NCBI GenBank assembly: GCA_965224025.1
Contig: OZ245033.1
Location: 2,240,001-2,304,000, forward strand
Source of the DNA: Candidatus Multivorans sp.
Lineage (GTDB): Bacteria; Acidobacteriota; Thermoanaerobaculia; Multivoradales; Multivoraceae
Length of the DNA: 64,000 bases
Reading direction: 5' to 3'
Shown: positions 1 through 10,142 of the stretch, piece after piece
Numbering within the stretch: the first letter of the stretch is position 1
How the letters are laid out: the number at the start of each line of letters is the position of its first letter
Position numbers and translations under genes: made by a program
Notes under the pieces: generated by a model
Seen by the model: only the letters and a program-made list of their open reading frames with translations
What the model was told of the DNA's origin: nothing
Databases searched by the model: none

Positions 1-20
1 GACGCACGAGGTGTATTGAG

Positions 21-563
21 ATGTCACGCATAGGAAAGGCGCCGATCCCGCTGCCGGAGAAGACGAAGGTGGCGACAAGCGGCGGTACCGTGACCATCGA
101 GGGTCCGAAGGGAAAGCTGGAGCAGCCGCTCCAGCAGGGCATCGAGGTCCGGGTGGAGGACGGCGTCGTCACGCTGCACCGTTCCGGCTCGAGCGGACCG
201 GAACGGGCCCTGCACGGGCTGGCTCGCGCGCTGCTCGCGAACGCTGTCGTGGGTGTCAACGAGGGCTTCCGGCGAGAGCTGGACATCGTCGGCGTCGGTT
301 ACCGGGGAGAGGTCAAGGGGCGCGAAATCCACTTGGCGCTGGGGTACTCCCACGCCGTGGTCTACCCGATCCCGGATGGGATCGACGTTTCGATCGACGA
401 CCGGGCGAACCGGATCGCGGTCTCCGGCATCGACAAGCAGCAGGTCGGGCAGGTAGCGGCCGACCTCCGCAGCCTGCGCAAGCCGGATGCGTACAAGGGC
501 AAGGGCATTCGTTACCGCGACGAGGTCATCCGGCTCAAAGTCGGCAAGGCGGCGGCGGTCTAG
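21..563 (+). CDS. rplF: 50S ribosomal protein L6
   Basis: MSRIGK start, GVGYR and [12 protein letters not shown] motifs; spc operon order. Confidence 0.98.
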   Translation: MSRIGKAPIPLPEKTKVATSGGTVTIEGPKGKLEQPLQQGIEVRVEDGVVTLHRSGSSGPERALHGLARALLANAVVGVNEGFRRELDIVGVGYRGEVKGREIHLALGYSHAVVYPIPDGIDVSIDDRANRIAVSGIDKQQVGQVAADLRSLRKPDAYKGKGIRYRDEVIRLKVGKAAAV

Positions 564-603
564 ACGGTTCGGAACGACTTCGGGAAACAGGGACATCGAG
601 GCA

Positions 604-990
604 ATGAGCGACCTGCGCAGAAAGAGAACGTTGGATCGGAGCCGCCGCCGGCGCCGCGCGCGCTACCGCGTCCGGAAGAAGCTCCGGGGCTCACAGGAGA
701 GACCGCGTCTGGCGGTCCACAAGAGCCGCCGTCACATCTACGCTCAACTGATCGACGATCGGGCGGGGCACACGCTGGCGTTTGCGAGCTCGCTCGAGCC
801 GGAACTCTGCGAGGAGCTCGAAAACTCGACCGGGAGTTGCCGCGCGGCGCAGGCGGTGGGCGAGGCGCTTGCGGCGCGCGCCAGGGAACGGGGCCTGCAA
901 TCGGTGGTCTTCGACCGCGGCGGGTTCCTGTACCACGGCCGGATTCGGGCGCTTGCGGACAGTGCGCGCGCCGGAGGCCTCGAGTTCTGA
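604..990 (+). CDS. rplR: 50S ribosomal protein L18
   Basis: [18 protein letters not shown] and [21 protein letters not shown]; ATG at 604 after GAGG. Confidence 0.97.
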   Translation: MSDLRRKRTLDRSRRRRRARYRVRKKLRGSQERPRLAVHKSRRHIYAQLIDDRAGHTLAFASSLEPELCEELENSTGSCRAAQAVGEALAARARERGLQSVVFDRGGFLYHGRIRALADSARAGGLEF

Positions 991-1027
991 TGCAGCAGAG
1001 CGCAGCAGAGCAACGAAGGAGACAGCA

Positions 1028-1104
1028 GTGGCTAGGGACGTGAACGGTGGCTAGGGGACGTGAACAGTGGCTGGAGATATGAACATTGGCTAGAGACATA
1101 GATC
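1028..1104 (+). repeat. Four degenerate 19-20 bp tandem copies of the rpsE start region
   Basis: GTGGCTAGGGACGTGAACG / GTGGCTAGGGGACGTGAACA / GTGGCTGGAGATATGAACA / TTGGCTAGAGACATAGATC starting at 1028, 1047, 1067, 1086. Confidence 0.8.
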
Positions 1105-1649
1105 TCGACAGCGAGTTCTTCGAGCAGGTTGTCGACATCAACCGGGTGACGAAGGTCGTCAAGGGCGGCAAGAACTTTTCCTTTACCGCCCTGGTTGTGA
1201 TCGGCGACGGCGCCGGCCGCGTCGGCTACGGCTCGGGCAAGGCGAAGGAGGTTCCGGCCGCGATTCGCAAAGGGATTCAGATCGCGAAGCGCAGCCTGGT
1301 GCGGGTGCCGCTCGCTGGAACGACGATCCCGCACGAGACGGTGGGCGTCTTCGGCGCCGGTCGGGTGATGTTGAAGCCGGCCTCTGAAGGAACCGGGGTC
1401 ATCGCCGGCGGCCCGGTGCGCGCCGTGGTCGAGGGCGCCGGCATTCAGGACATCCTGACCAAGTCGCTGGGGACGACGAACCCTCAGAACGTGGTCAAGG
1501 CGACTTTCGCGGGGCTCCTGTCCCTGCGCAGCGAAAAGCAGGTCAGGACACTGCGTGGCTTGGACTCGCTGGACGGCGCGTCGATGAACACAGATCAGGG
1601 AGGAAGAGGTAGTGACGGGCAGGACGATACGGATACAGCAGGTGCGTAG
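1086..1649 (+). CDS. rpsE: 30S ribosomal protein S5
   Basis: [24 protein letters not shown] and GTGVIAGG motifs; TTG start. Confidence 0.97.
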   Translation: MARDIDLDSEFFEQVVDINRVTKVVKGGKNFSFTALVVIGDGAGRVGYGSGKAKEVPAAIRKGIQIAKRSLVRVPLAGTTIPHETVGVFGAGRVMLKPASEGTGVIAGGPVRAVVEGAGIQDILTKSLGTTNPQNVVKATFAGLLSLRSEKQVRTLRGLDSLDGASMNTDQGGRGSDGQDDTDTAGA

Positions 1650-1809
1650 CGCGATCGGCAGGCCGAGACCGCAACGCGAGGTTCTGCGCGGTCTGGGCTT
1701 GAGGCGCATTCGCCACATCGTCGAGCGGGAAGACTCCCAGGCGGTGCGCGGCATGGTGCGGAAGATTCCCCATCTGGTCCGGATTCTTGGGGACTCCGAG
1801 GAGGGCTGA
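1612..1809 (+). CDS. rpmD: 50S ribosomal protein L30
   Basis: [33 protein letters not shown]; operon position. Confidence 0.95.
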   Translation: MTGRTIRIQQVRSAIGRPRPQREVLRGLGLRRIRHIVEREDSQAVRGMVRKIPHLVRILGDSEEG

Positions 1810-1810
1810 C

Positions 1811-2245
1811 ATGAAACTTCACGAACTCAGACCGGCGCCGGGAAGCCGCCGTGCGCGCAAGCGGGTCGGCCGTGGACCTGGCGCCGGCACGGGCAAGACC
1901 GCCGGGCGAGGCCACAAGGGCCAGCGCTCGCGCGCGGGCTTCTCCCGCCGCGCCGGCTTCGAGGGCGGCCAGATGCCGCTCGTGCGGCGCGTCCCGAAGC
2001 GCGGGTTCACCAACATCTTCCGGACCGAGTACACGGTGATCAACGTCGGAGACCTGGATGGTCTCGGCGATGTGGTCGATGTGGACCTCCTCGTTTCTCA
2101 CGGCCGTGTGCGCCGGGGCATGAAGCTGAAAGTTCTGGGCGTTGGCGATGCGCCGGCCGGGTTGACCGTCCGGGCGCACCGCTTCAGCGCGTCGGCGCGC
2201 GCCAAGATCGAGGCCGCCGGCGGCGCCTGCGAAGAGATCGCCTGA
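1811..2245 (+). CDS. rplO: 50S ribosomal protein L15
   Basis: [34 protein letters not shown]. Confidence 0.98.
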   Translation: MKLHELRPAPGSRRARKRVGRGPGAGTGKTAGRGHKGQRSRAGFSRRAGFEGGQMPLVRRVPKRGFTNIFRTEYTVINVGDLDGLGDVVDVDLLVSHGRVRRGMKLKVLGVGDAPAGLTVRAHRFSASARAKIEAAGGACEEIA

Positions 2246-2257
2246 CGGAGCTGGCAC

Positions 2258-3643
2258 GTGGGCGTCGAGAGTTTCCGCAACATCTTTGTGATTCCGGATC
2301 TCCGGAATCGGGTGTTGTTCATGTTCGGCCTGCTGGCCGTCTACCGCATCGGCTGCATCATTCCGACGCCGGGGATCGACCCCCAGGCCCTGCTCGAGTT
2401 CATGGACCAGATGCAGGGCACCGTGCTGGGGTTCGTCAACACGTTCACCGGCGGCAGCCTGGGCCGGGTGGCCATCTTCGCTCTCGGCATCATGCCGTAC
2501 ATTTCGGCGTCCATCATTCTGCAACTGCTGACCGTGGTCTGGCCCTACCTCGAGAAGCTCTCGAAGGAAGGCGAGATGGGCCGGCGGAAGATCACCCAGT
2601 ACACACGGTACGGAACGGTGATCATCTCGATCATTCAGGGCACGAGCATCGCCTTCTTCCTGGAAAACCTGACCTCGCCGGGAGGCGCGCCCCTGGTCTT
2701 CAACCCCGGCCTCGGGTTCAAGTTCATGACCGTGCTCTCGCTCACCACGGGCTGCGCATTCGTGATGTGGCTGGGCGAGCAGATCAGCGAGCGCGGCATC
2801 GGCAACGGCATTTCCCTGATCATCTTCGCCGGCATCGTCGTGGGTCTGCCGGGCGCCGTGCTGACGCTCTTCAGTCAACTGCAGAGCGGCGCCATGTCCC
2901 TGCTCAAGATCCTCTTCCTGTCGGCATTCATGCTCGTGGTCGTCGCCTTCATCGTCTACATGGAGCGGGCGCAGCGGCGCATTCCGGTGCAGTACGCGAA
3001 GCGGATCGTCGGCCGGCGCCAGTACGGCGGACAGAGCACCTACCTGCCCCTGCGGGTGAACACCGGCGGCGTGATTCCGGTCATCTTCGCGAGTTCCGTG
3101 GTCACGGTGCCGGCGACCATCGCGCAGATGATCCAGTACGAGCCGATCCAGCGGATCTCTGCCGCGCTGCAGTGGGGCCAGCCGGTCTACTACCTGCTCT
3201 ACGTGGCGGCGATCATCTTCTTCTCGTACTTCTACGTCTCGATCATCTTCAACCCGAACGATCTTGCCGAGAACATGCGCAAGTACGGCGGGTTCATTCC
3301 CGGCATTCGCTCGGGCAGGCGAACTTCGGAGTACATCGACCGGGTTCTGACCCGGCTGACCCTGGTCGGCTCCCTGTACCTGGCGGGCGTTTCGGTGTTG
3401 CCGGAGTTCCTGATCGCCGGCTTCAAGGTCGGGGGGCTGCCCTTCATCGGTGGCGCCCTGGACCGGGTGGCGCCCCTCTGGTTGACCGAGGGCATGGGGA
3501 TCAACTTCTACTTCGGCGGCACGTCGCTGCTGATCGTCGTGAGCGTGGCCATGGACACGCTGCAACAGATCGAGAGCCAGCTCGTGATGCGCAACTACGA
3601 GGGCTTCATGAAGCGGGGCCGGATCCGGGGTCGCCGTGGCTGA
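2258..3643 (+). CDS. secY: Preprotein translocase subunit SecY
   Basis: IFALGIMPYISASII, WLGEQISERGIGNGISLII and GGTSLLI motifs; multiple TM helices. Confidence 0.99.
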   Translation: MGVESFRNIFVIPDLRNRVLFMFGLLAVYRIGCIIPTPGIDPQALLEFMDQMQGTVLGFVNTFTGGSLGRVAIFALGIMPYISASIILQLLTVVWPYLEKLSKEGEMGRRKITQYTRYGTVIISIIQGTSIAFFLENLTSPGGAPLVFNPGLGFKFMTVLSLTTGCAFVMWLGEQISERGIGNGISLIIFAGIVVGLPGAVLTLFSQLQSGAMSLLKILFLSAFMLVVVAFIVYMERAQRRIPVQYAKRIVGRRQYGGQSTYLPLRVNTGGVIPVIFASSVVTVPATIAQMIQYEPIQRISAALQWGQPVYYLLYVAAIIFFSYFYVSIIFNPNDLAENMRKYGGFIPGIRSGRRTSEYIDRVLTRLTLVGSLYLAGVSVLPEFLIAGFKVGGLPFIGGALDRVAPLWLTEGMGINFYFGGTSLLIVVSVAMDTLQQIESQLVMRNYEGFMKRGRIRGRRG

Positions 3644-4208
3644 TTCTCTTCGCATCGTGCTGCTGGGAGCTCCCGGTTGCGGCAAGGGCACCCAGGCCGA
3701 ACGCCTGGAGGTGTCGCTCGGCGTGCCGGCCATCTCGACCGGCGAGATGCTGCGGGCCGCGGTCGCCGCGGGCAGCGAGCTGGGCCGGCGTGTCGAGGGT
3801 GTGATGGCCTCGGGCGCTCTGGTCGACGACGATCTGATGGCCGAAGTGGTTCGCGACCGGCTGGCTCGGGCCGATACGGTCGCGGGTTTCCTGCTCGACG
3901 GTTATCCGCGCACCGCGCCGCAGGCCGACACCCTGGACGAGATCCTGAAGGGCGGGGCACTCGATCACGTGGTGACGATCGACGTGCCGGACGAGGTTCT
4001 CGTTCGGCGTTCCGTGCTGCGCGGCCGCGGCGACGACGACCGCGAAGAGGTCGTGCGCGAACGGCTGCGGGTCTACGCCGCGCAGACCGAGCCCCTGATC
4101 GCTCACTACGAGGGCCTGGGGCTGCTGCGCCGCGTCGACGGCAACGTCCCCATCGAACAGGTCACGACCGCAATCGAGGCGTCGCTGGCGGAAGGGAGAG
4201 CCGCCTGA
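3636..4208 (+). CDS. adk: Adenylate kinase
   Basis: GAPGCGKGTQ P-loop, STGEMLR, LDGYPRT. Confidence 0.97.
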   Translation: MADSLRIVLLGAPGCGKGTQAERLEVSLGVPAISTGEMLRAAVAAGSELGRRVEGVMASGALVDDDLMAEVVRDRLARADTVAGFLLDGYPRTAPQADTLDEILKGGALDHVVTIDVPDEVLVRRSVLRGRGDDDREEVVRERLRVYAAQTEPLIAHYEGLGLLRRVDGNVPIEQVTTAIEASLAEGRAA

Positions 4209-4964
4209 TGGTGACGCTCAGGACCGAAGAGGAACTCGACCTGATGGACCGCGCCAACGGCATCGTTCTGGAAGTGCTGGCTTCCCTGGAGCAGCGGCTG
4301 CGCCCCGGGATGACCACGCGCGAACTCGATGTCCATGCGGAAACGGCGATTCGTGAGCGTGGCGGCCGGCCGGCGTTTCTCGGTTACCGGGGGGTTTCCG
4401 GGCAGCCTATGCACTTCGGTGAACGATGTGATCGTCCACGGCATCCCGGACGACGTGCCTCTCGGGGACGGAGACATCGTCAGCATCGACTGCGGGGTGG
4501 AGTTTTCGGGGTACTATGGCGACGCTGCGCGCACGTACCGTGTAGGTGCGGTCTCGGAGCAGGCCGCGGGCTTGCTGGAAGTCGCTCGCCGGGCCCTGGA
4601 TGTGGCTCTGGAATGCGTGGCGCCCGGCAGGTGGCTGCACGACATCGGTCGAGCGGTCGAGCGGTACGTCAAGGGTCACGGGTACTCCGTGGTTCGGGAT
4701 TTCGTCGGTCACGGTATCGGTTCCGCGCTACATGAGGAACCGGAAGTGCCGAACTACCGTTGCCGGGGTGGTGGCATGGAGTTGCGGTCGGGAATGGTCT
4801 TGGCGATTGAGCCCATGGTCAACGCTGGAAGCCGGGCCGTGAAGATGGACGGAGATGGTTGGACGGCGAGAACGAAGGATGGATCGTTGTCGGCTCATTT
4901 TGAGCACTCGGTCGCGGTGACAAAGGCCGGAGCGCGCGTACTGGGCCAGGAGGCCGCGCCGTAG
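4208..4964 (+). CDS. map: Methionine aminopeptidase type I, with an apparent +1 frameshift at G6 run 4389-4394
   Basis: N-terminus (MVTLRTEEE..AFLGYRG) in one frame; FPGSLCTSVND..HGIP, GHGIG..LHEEP, AIEPM and SAHFEH in another; deleting one G fuses them. Confidence 0.93.
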
Positions 4965-5111
4965 AACGATGCGGAGCGAAGCTCGGAGACGCAGCGCTCC
5001 CGGCGAGGTGGGGGATGGGGCCGCAGGACCTGCAGATTCCGGCCGAGCCTGCGAAGGGTTTGGAGGCGCTGGCGGCTTGAACCTGAGAGGTAGCAAGAGG
5101 ACGAAGGGAAC

Positions 5112-5339
5112 TTGGGCGTGAAGAAGGAAGAGGCGATCGAGGTCGAGGCAACCGTGGTGGAGACACTGCCGAACGCAGTCTTCAAGGTCGAGCTTGACAA
5201 CAAGCACCAGGCCTTGGCCCACATCTCGGGAAAGATGCGCAAGCACTTCATCCGGATTCTTCCGGGGGATCGCGTTCTGGTCGAACTTTCGCCCTATGAC
5301 CCCGGCCGTGGCCGGATCGTATACAGGCTGCGGACCTGA
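5112..5339 (+). CDS. infA: Translation initiation factor IF-1
   Basis: [35 protein letters not shown]. Confidence 0.98.
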   Translation: MGVKKEEAIEVEATVVETLPNAVFKVELDNKHQALAHISGKMRKHFIRILPGDRVLVELSPYDPGRGRIVYRLRT

Positions 5340-5369
5340 CGGTCGGTTCGGAACCTGAGGAGAACCATC

Positions 5370-5483
5370 ATGAAGGTGCGGGCGTCAGTGAAGAGGATGT
5401 GCGTGAAGTGCAAGGTGGTCCGGCGTCGCGGAGTTATCCGCGTCATCTGTGAGAACCCCAAGCACAAGCAGCGGCAGGGCTGA
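5370..5483 (+). CDS. rpmJ: 50S ribosomal protein L36
   Basis: Manually translated: [37 protein letters not shown]; GAGGAG RBS (below ORF-track cutoff). Confidence 0.97.
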   Translation: MKVRASVKRMCVKCKVVRRRGVIRVICENPKHKQRQG

Positions 5484-5504
5484 GAAGAACGGGAGAGAGC
5501 TGGA

Positions 5505-5885
5505 ATGGCGAGAATCGCGGGGATCGATCTACCGCAGAACAAGCAGGTCGGCATCGGCCTCACCTACATCTACGGCATCGGCCGCTCACGGGCGCTCGTG
5601 CTGCTGGATCAGGCGGGTGTCGCGGCCGAGATCAAGGTCAGGGATCTGACCGAGGACGAGACGGGCCGGATCCGCCGGGTCGTTCAGGAGGCGGGGTCTG
5701 TAGAGGGAGACCTGCGCAAGGAAGTGACCCAGAGCATCAAGCGTCTGATGGAGGTCGGCAGTTACCGCGGTGTCAGGCATCGCAAGGGCCTGCCCGTCCG
5801 AGGCCAGCGCACGCACACCAACGCGCGTACCCGCAAGGGACCGCGGCGTGCCACCGTGGCCGGCAAGAAGAAGGTCGGGAAGTAG
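5505..5885 (+). CDS. rpsM: 30S ribosomal protein S13
   Basis: [36 protein letters not shown]. Confidence 0.98.
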   Translation: MARIAGIDLPQNKQVGIGLTYIYGIGRSRALVLLDQAGVAAEIKVRDLTEDETGRIRRVVQEAGSVEGDLRKEVTQSIKRLMEVGSYRGVRHRKGLPVRGQRTHTNARTRKGPRRATVAGKKKVGK

Positions 5886-5917
5886 GCGAGAGAGGACTAC
5901 CGGAGACACAACACTAG

Positions 5918-6295
5918 ATGGCAAAGTCGAGGAAGAAGGAGAAGCGCGTCGTGCCCCACGCCGTGGCGCACGTCAATGCGACCTTCAACAACACACTGGT
6001 CTGCATCAGCGATCCGGATGGCAATGTTCTGACCTGGTCGTCGTCGGGCCGAAACGGCTTCAAGGGGTCGCGAAAGGGAACGCCGTTCGCGGCTCAAGTG
6101 GCCGCGCAGGCGGTCGGCTATCAGGCCAAGGACCTGGGCGTGCGGTCGGTCGACGTGCTGGTCAAGGGTCCGGGAGGCGGGCGCGAATCGGCCGTCAGGG
6201 CTCTGCAGGCCACCGGCATCAGCATCCGATCGATCCGTGACGTGACGCCGATTCCGCACAACGGCTGCCGTGCCCGGAAACGGCGTCGGGTCTGA
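5918..6295 (+). CDS. rpsK: 30S ribosomal protein S11
   Basis: [30 protein letters not shown]. Confidence 0.98.
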   Translation: MAKSRKKEKRVVPHAVAHVNATFNNTLVCISDPDGNVLTWSSSGRNGFKGSRKGTPFAAQVAAQAVGYQAKDLGVRSVDVLVKGPGGGRESAVRALQATGISIRSIRDVTPIPHNGCRARKRRRV

Positions 6296-6372
6296 ACGCG
6301 GTATCGCTGCCGGTACTGCACCGAGACATCAACGTTTCAACCTGGAACGCAATCGAGATTGTAGGAGTGAAC

Positions 6373-7359
6373 ATGCTCTGGAAGGGATTTCAACGCCCGA
6401 AGCGGATCGAAATCGATACCGAGACTCTGACCGATACGTATGGCAAGTTCTCGGCCCAGCCGTTCGAACGCGGCTTCGGCTCTACCGTTGGCAATGCACT
6501 GCGTCGTAGCCTCCTGTCGGCAATCGAAGGCGCCGCGATTACCGCGGTGCGGATCGACGGCGCGCTGCACGAGTTCTCTTCACTCGAAGGGGTGGTAGAG
6601 GACGTCACGGACATCATTCTGAACCTGAAACAGGTGCCGCTGCGGTCCTTCGACGGAACGACGCGCGTGATTACGCTGGATGTGTCGGGCCCGCGCGAAG
6701 TGACCGCCGGTGACTTCAACGGCGACCCGAGCGTCGAGATTCGCGACCCGAACAGCAAGGTGGCGACGCTGAACGAACGGGGCCGGCTCCGCCTCGAGGC
6801 GCAGGTCAAGAACGGACGCGGCTACGTCGGCGCGGACCTCAACCTCGACGAGTCGATGGGGATTGGCTGGATTCCGCTCGACTCCGTCCACAGCCCGGTG
6901 AAGCGCGTGAACTACCGCGTGGAGGCGGCGCGACTCGGCCGGACCACCGACTACGAGCGACTGATCGTCGAGGTCTGGACGGACGGAACGGTGACGCCGG
7001 AAGAGGGAGTATCCCGTGCCGGCGCCCTGCTGCGCGACCACCTGACGATCTTCATCGACGCCGAGGAGAGCCTGGTCGTCGAAGCCGCGGCCGAGGAGGA
7101 AGTCGACGGGAGCGACCTCGGCACCCTGCTCCGGAGGGAGATCGACGATCTGAACCTGAGTGTTCGTTCGGCGAACTGCCTGAGGAACGCGAACATCAAC
7201 ACGGTGGGCGACCTCGTCGCGCGGAGCGAGAAGGAGATGCTGGAAACGAAGAACTTCGGCCGCAAGTCGCTCGAAGAGATCCAGAAGGTGCTCGACAGGA
7301 TGGGACTCTCCTTCGGCATGGAGGTTCCGGAGAACGCGGAGAGCGGCGTCCAGGCCTGA
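6373..7359 (+). CDS. rpoA: DNA-directed RNA polymerase subunit alpha
   Basis: PFERGFGSTVGNALRR..LHEFS; C-terminal LSVRSANCL..NFGRKSL; alternative GTG start at 6367. Confidence 0.98.
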   Translation: MLWKGFQRPKRIEIDTETLTDTYGKFSAQPFERGFGSTVGNALRRSLLSAIEGAAITAVRIDGALHEFSSLEGVVEDVTDIILNLKQVPLRSFDGTTRVITLDVSGPREVTAGDFNGDPSVEIRDPNSKVATLNERGRLRLEAQVKNGRGYVGADLNLDESMGIGWIPLDSVHSPVKRVNYRVEAARLGRTTDYERLIVEVWTDGTVTPEEGVSRAGALLRDHLTIFIDAEESLVVEAAAEEEVDGSDLGTLLRREIDDLNLSVRSANCLRNANINTVGDLVARSEKEMLETKNFGRKSLEEIQKVLDRMGLSFGMEVPENAESGVQA

Positions 7360-7402
7360 CGGCCTCTGGACCGCTCTAGAGCTTTCCCGGGAAGGAGCGA
7401 AG

Positions 7403-7765
7403 ATGCGTCACGGAGTTGGCTACAAGAAACTGGGCCGGACCACGGCCCACCGGCGGGCGATGTTCCGCAACATGCTCGCCTCCCTGGTCGTACACGGCCG
7501 GATCCGGACCACGCTGGCCAAGGCCAAGGCCCTGCGCCCGGTGGCCGAGAAGCTCATCACCAGGAGCCGCGAGGACTCCGTCCACGCCCGGCGCCTGGTC
7601 CGCCGCTGGCTCCCCAACCGCGACCACGTCAAGAAGTTGTTTGACGAGATCGCCCCCCGCTACGCCGACCGCCCCGGCGGCTACCTCCGCATCACCAAGC
7701 TCGGCCCTCGCCGCGGCGACGCCGCCGAACTGGCCGTCATCGAGTTCGTCGACACCGACGAGTAG
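7403..7765 (+). CDS. rplQ: 50S ribosomal protein L17
   Basis: MRH..KLGRT.AHR..TTLAKAK..GGYLRI..RRGD. Confidence 0.98.
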   Translation: MRHGVGYKKLGRTTAHRRAMFRNMLASLVVHGRIRTTLAKAKALRPVAEKLITRSREDSVHARRLVRRWLPNRDHVKKLFDEIAPRYADRPGGYLRITKLGPRRGDAAELAVIEFVDTDE

Positions 7766-7816
7766 CGGTGCCGCGCCGTCGCGCGTCGGCGTGGCGTGGC
7801 GGCGTCGGTTCCACCC

Positions 7817-7992
7817 GCCTGCAGCGGGCCGAAGGAGGGGGTCCCAGCGGCCGCTCGCGCTCTCTGGGTGAAAAGAGGGGGTTGCGCTCGCTTCGGTCGG
7901 CTGCGCTCCGGTTTGGCGTCGGACGATGTGTGGGCGTCGGCCGTCGCTTGCCGACAGCCCGCAGGGACCCCCTCCTTCGGCCCACTGCAGGC
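7817..7992 (+). repeat. Hairpin/MITE-like element A, copy 1 (29-bp inverted arms)
   Basis: Arms 7817-7845 and 7964-7992 are reverse complements at 28/29; interior shared with 11817-11990. Confidence 0.85.
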
Positions 7993-8038
7993 TGGGCGTC
8001 GCCGGGCAACGGCGCACTTCGACCAGGCCCAGCTAGCA

Positions 8039-8125
8039 GCTAGCGCGGCAGAAACTGGGTGCGCCGGCCTTCTGGCCGGAAGCCGGCGCAAAGCGCCGGC
8101 TTCCGGACCTTTCTGCGGCGCTAGC
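8039..8125 (+). repeat. Multi-stem palindromic element B, copy 1
   Basis: GCGCGGCAGAAACTGGGTGCGC..CCGGCGCAAAGCGCCGG..TTCTGC(G/C)GCGCTAGC shared with 57475-57556. Confidence 0.8.
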
Positions 8126-8176
8126 CGAACCGGACGGCTAAGCTTCGCCGCTGAGACAAGGCCAAAGGAGCCGCGC

Positions 8177-9166
8177 ATGCCACTCGAAGTGAAGCTCTGG
8201 AAGATCGATTCCGACCGACTCCAGCCGGTGCGACAGTCGCGCCTGGATCTGGAAGGGCGGCTCGAAGAGTGGCTCCGTGGGGATATTCGACTGCTGAGCG
8301 ATGACCTATTGGTCATCGGTTGGCAGATTGCGAGATACGGCGTGCCTCTGGATCTCCTCGCGGTGGATCGAGACGGCAACTTGGTGGTTGTGGAGTTGAA
8401 GCGGGACCGGACGCCCCGGGACGTGGTTGCGCAGGCTCTGGACTATGCCTCTTGGGTACAGGAGCTTGGTAGAGACGATGTCGAAGAGTGCGCCCGCGAG
8501 TACTTGAAGGAGCCTTTCGAGGTGGCCTTTCAGAGGAAGTTCGGTGACGAACCACCAGAGGTCGTCAACGAACGACACCGCATCTACATCGTGGCGTCGT
8601 CGCTTGACGACACGACGCAGAGGATCGTCGAATACTTGTCCTCGACGCATGGCGTGGACATCAACGCGGCAACGTTCGCATACTTCAACACGGACGACGG
8701 TGAGTTCGTGGCACGCTCTCTGCTGCTCGACGAGGAGGATGTGCAGAGACGCGCCAAGGCGCGGACTGGGGCGAAGCGGCGGCCGGCGCGGAGCGAGGAC
8801 GAACTGCGCGCCCTCGCCGAGAAGAGCGGTGTTGCGGACCTGTGGGATGTGGCCGTGAGCGGGTTCGGAGGCGTCCTGCGAAAGCAGAGGAGCCGGACAA
8901 CTCTCTGGTTTCAGGTCAAGCTGGAGGAGGGCTACAGCGCCATCATCTCAGTGTTCCCCGAGGCAAGCTCGCGCGAGAAGGGACTGGCGGTGGCGGTCGT
9001 CACAGAACGCATCGCGCGGCACTTTGGCATTGCCGAGGACAAGATCAGGGCGATCTGCGGCGACAGTACGGAGGCGTACTTCGGAACGTGGCACTCTCCT
9101 GACGATTGCTTCCATCTCGACGAGGAGAAGCTGCCGCGTCTGGTCGCGCTGATCACGGAGCAGTAG
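8177..9166 (+). CDS. NucS/DUF91-like PD-(D/E)xK endonuclease
   Basis: LDLLAVDRDGNLVVVELKR..VVAQALDY motif; AAGGAG RBS before ATG 8177. Confidence 0.8.
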   Translation: MPLEVKLWKIDSDRLQPVRQSRLDLEGRLEEWLRGDIRLLSDDLLVIGWQIARYGVPLDLLAVDRDGNLVVVELKRDRTPRDVVAQALDYASWVQELGRDDVEECAREYLKEPFEVAFQRKFGDEPPEVVNERHRIYIVASSLDDTTQRIVEYLSSTHGVDINAATFAYFNTDDGEFVARSLLLDEEDVQRRAKARTGAKRRPARSEDELRALAEKSGVADLWDVAVSGFGGVLRKQRSRTTLWFQVKLEEGYSAIISVFPEASSREKGLAVAVVTERIARHFGIAEDKIRAICGDSTEAYFGTWHSPDDCFHLDEEKLPRLVALITEQ

Positions 9167-9202
9167 CACTTAGGTGATGGCTCGGCAAGGGCTAACCCCA
9201 AG

Positions 9203-10142
9203 CTAGGCGGTTGGCCCAAGAAACTTGTCCCCGTCGAAGTGGATCAGGTGATCCGGCACCTCTGCCAGCCAGACTTCGGTTTCCCAGGCGATGGCCTTCA
9301 TGTGCTTGCGGAACTCGTCGAAGTCCGGGAAGGCGCTCACGTACACGGGCTTGACGCGGCAAGACTGTAAGAGGGCCTCGAACTCGGTCAGGCGCTTCCG
9401 GTCGACGGGGCCATGTGACGTCACCGCCTCAATGAGGAAGAGCCGGTCGCGGGCGCGGTCGTGGAGGACGATATCGGGCAGCTTGTCGTGCTCCGTCAGC
9501 GGAAGGCCTACTTGAAGGAGGTGTTGCCGGTCGACGTGGAGGTCCTTCTTGGCGGTGTCGCCGAGGTAGAGCACATGGGCGCCAGGGGCGAAGCGCGGAG
9601 CGAACTCCTCGATCACAGCCTTCTGAAGCTCGTTGTGCGAGCCTGGCGAGAGTCGCACCTCTTGGCCGTCGGGGAACCGAATGGGGACCAGGGTCCGGGA
9701 CCGCGAGTCCTCGTACTTTGCGAGCCAGGCGCTTAGGTCGCGGCGAAACGCCGTGACGTTGGGTTCCCATTGGGCGGTCCCGAAAGACTGAACGACCCGA
9801 AGCGCGGCCTCGCTGATGGCGTAGTGAGACCGTGGACTGTTGGTTGGCAGGTCAGGCTCCAAGGGGTTGTGCTCGGCGACGCCCGCGAGTACGAACTGGT
9901 GGAGTACCTGGCGGCGAAACGTCTCGCGGGTGTTTTGGGGCGTAGTCGCCGCCGAAGTGTTCGCGGACGTAATCCATGATGCCCTTGGTCACGGTTCGTC
10001 GGCCGCGTGACGCTTCAGACCAGGAGTCGTGCTCCGTCATTCCGCACAGCGCAAGCAGGGTTAGCCCCGCCATCGCATTCGACTGCGCTGGGGGCATCCC
10101 CAAGCCGCGCAGGATTGCTCGCGCCTCGTCAAGTTTATCCAA
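9203..10142 (-). CDS. BsuBI/PstI-family type II restriction endonuclease, apparent frameshift at 9933-9940
   Basis: Removing one base restores YAPNTRETFRRQVLHQF; C-terminal LSPG.HNEL, KLPDIV..EAVTSHGP, IAWETEVW..PDHLIHFDG are family hallmarks. Confidence 0.88.

Noticed and set aside
4389-4394. Programmed frameshift or phase variation in map
   Set aside because: Single extra G in a homopolymer of a normally essential gene; similar slips at 9933 and 29291 point to long-read error.
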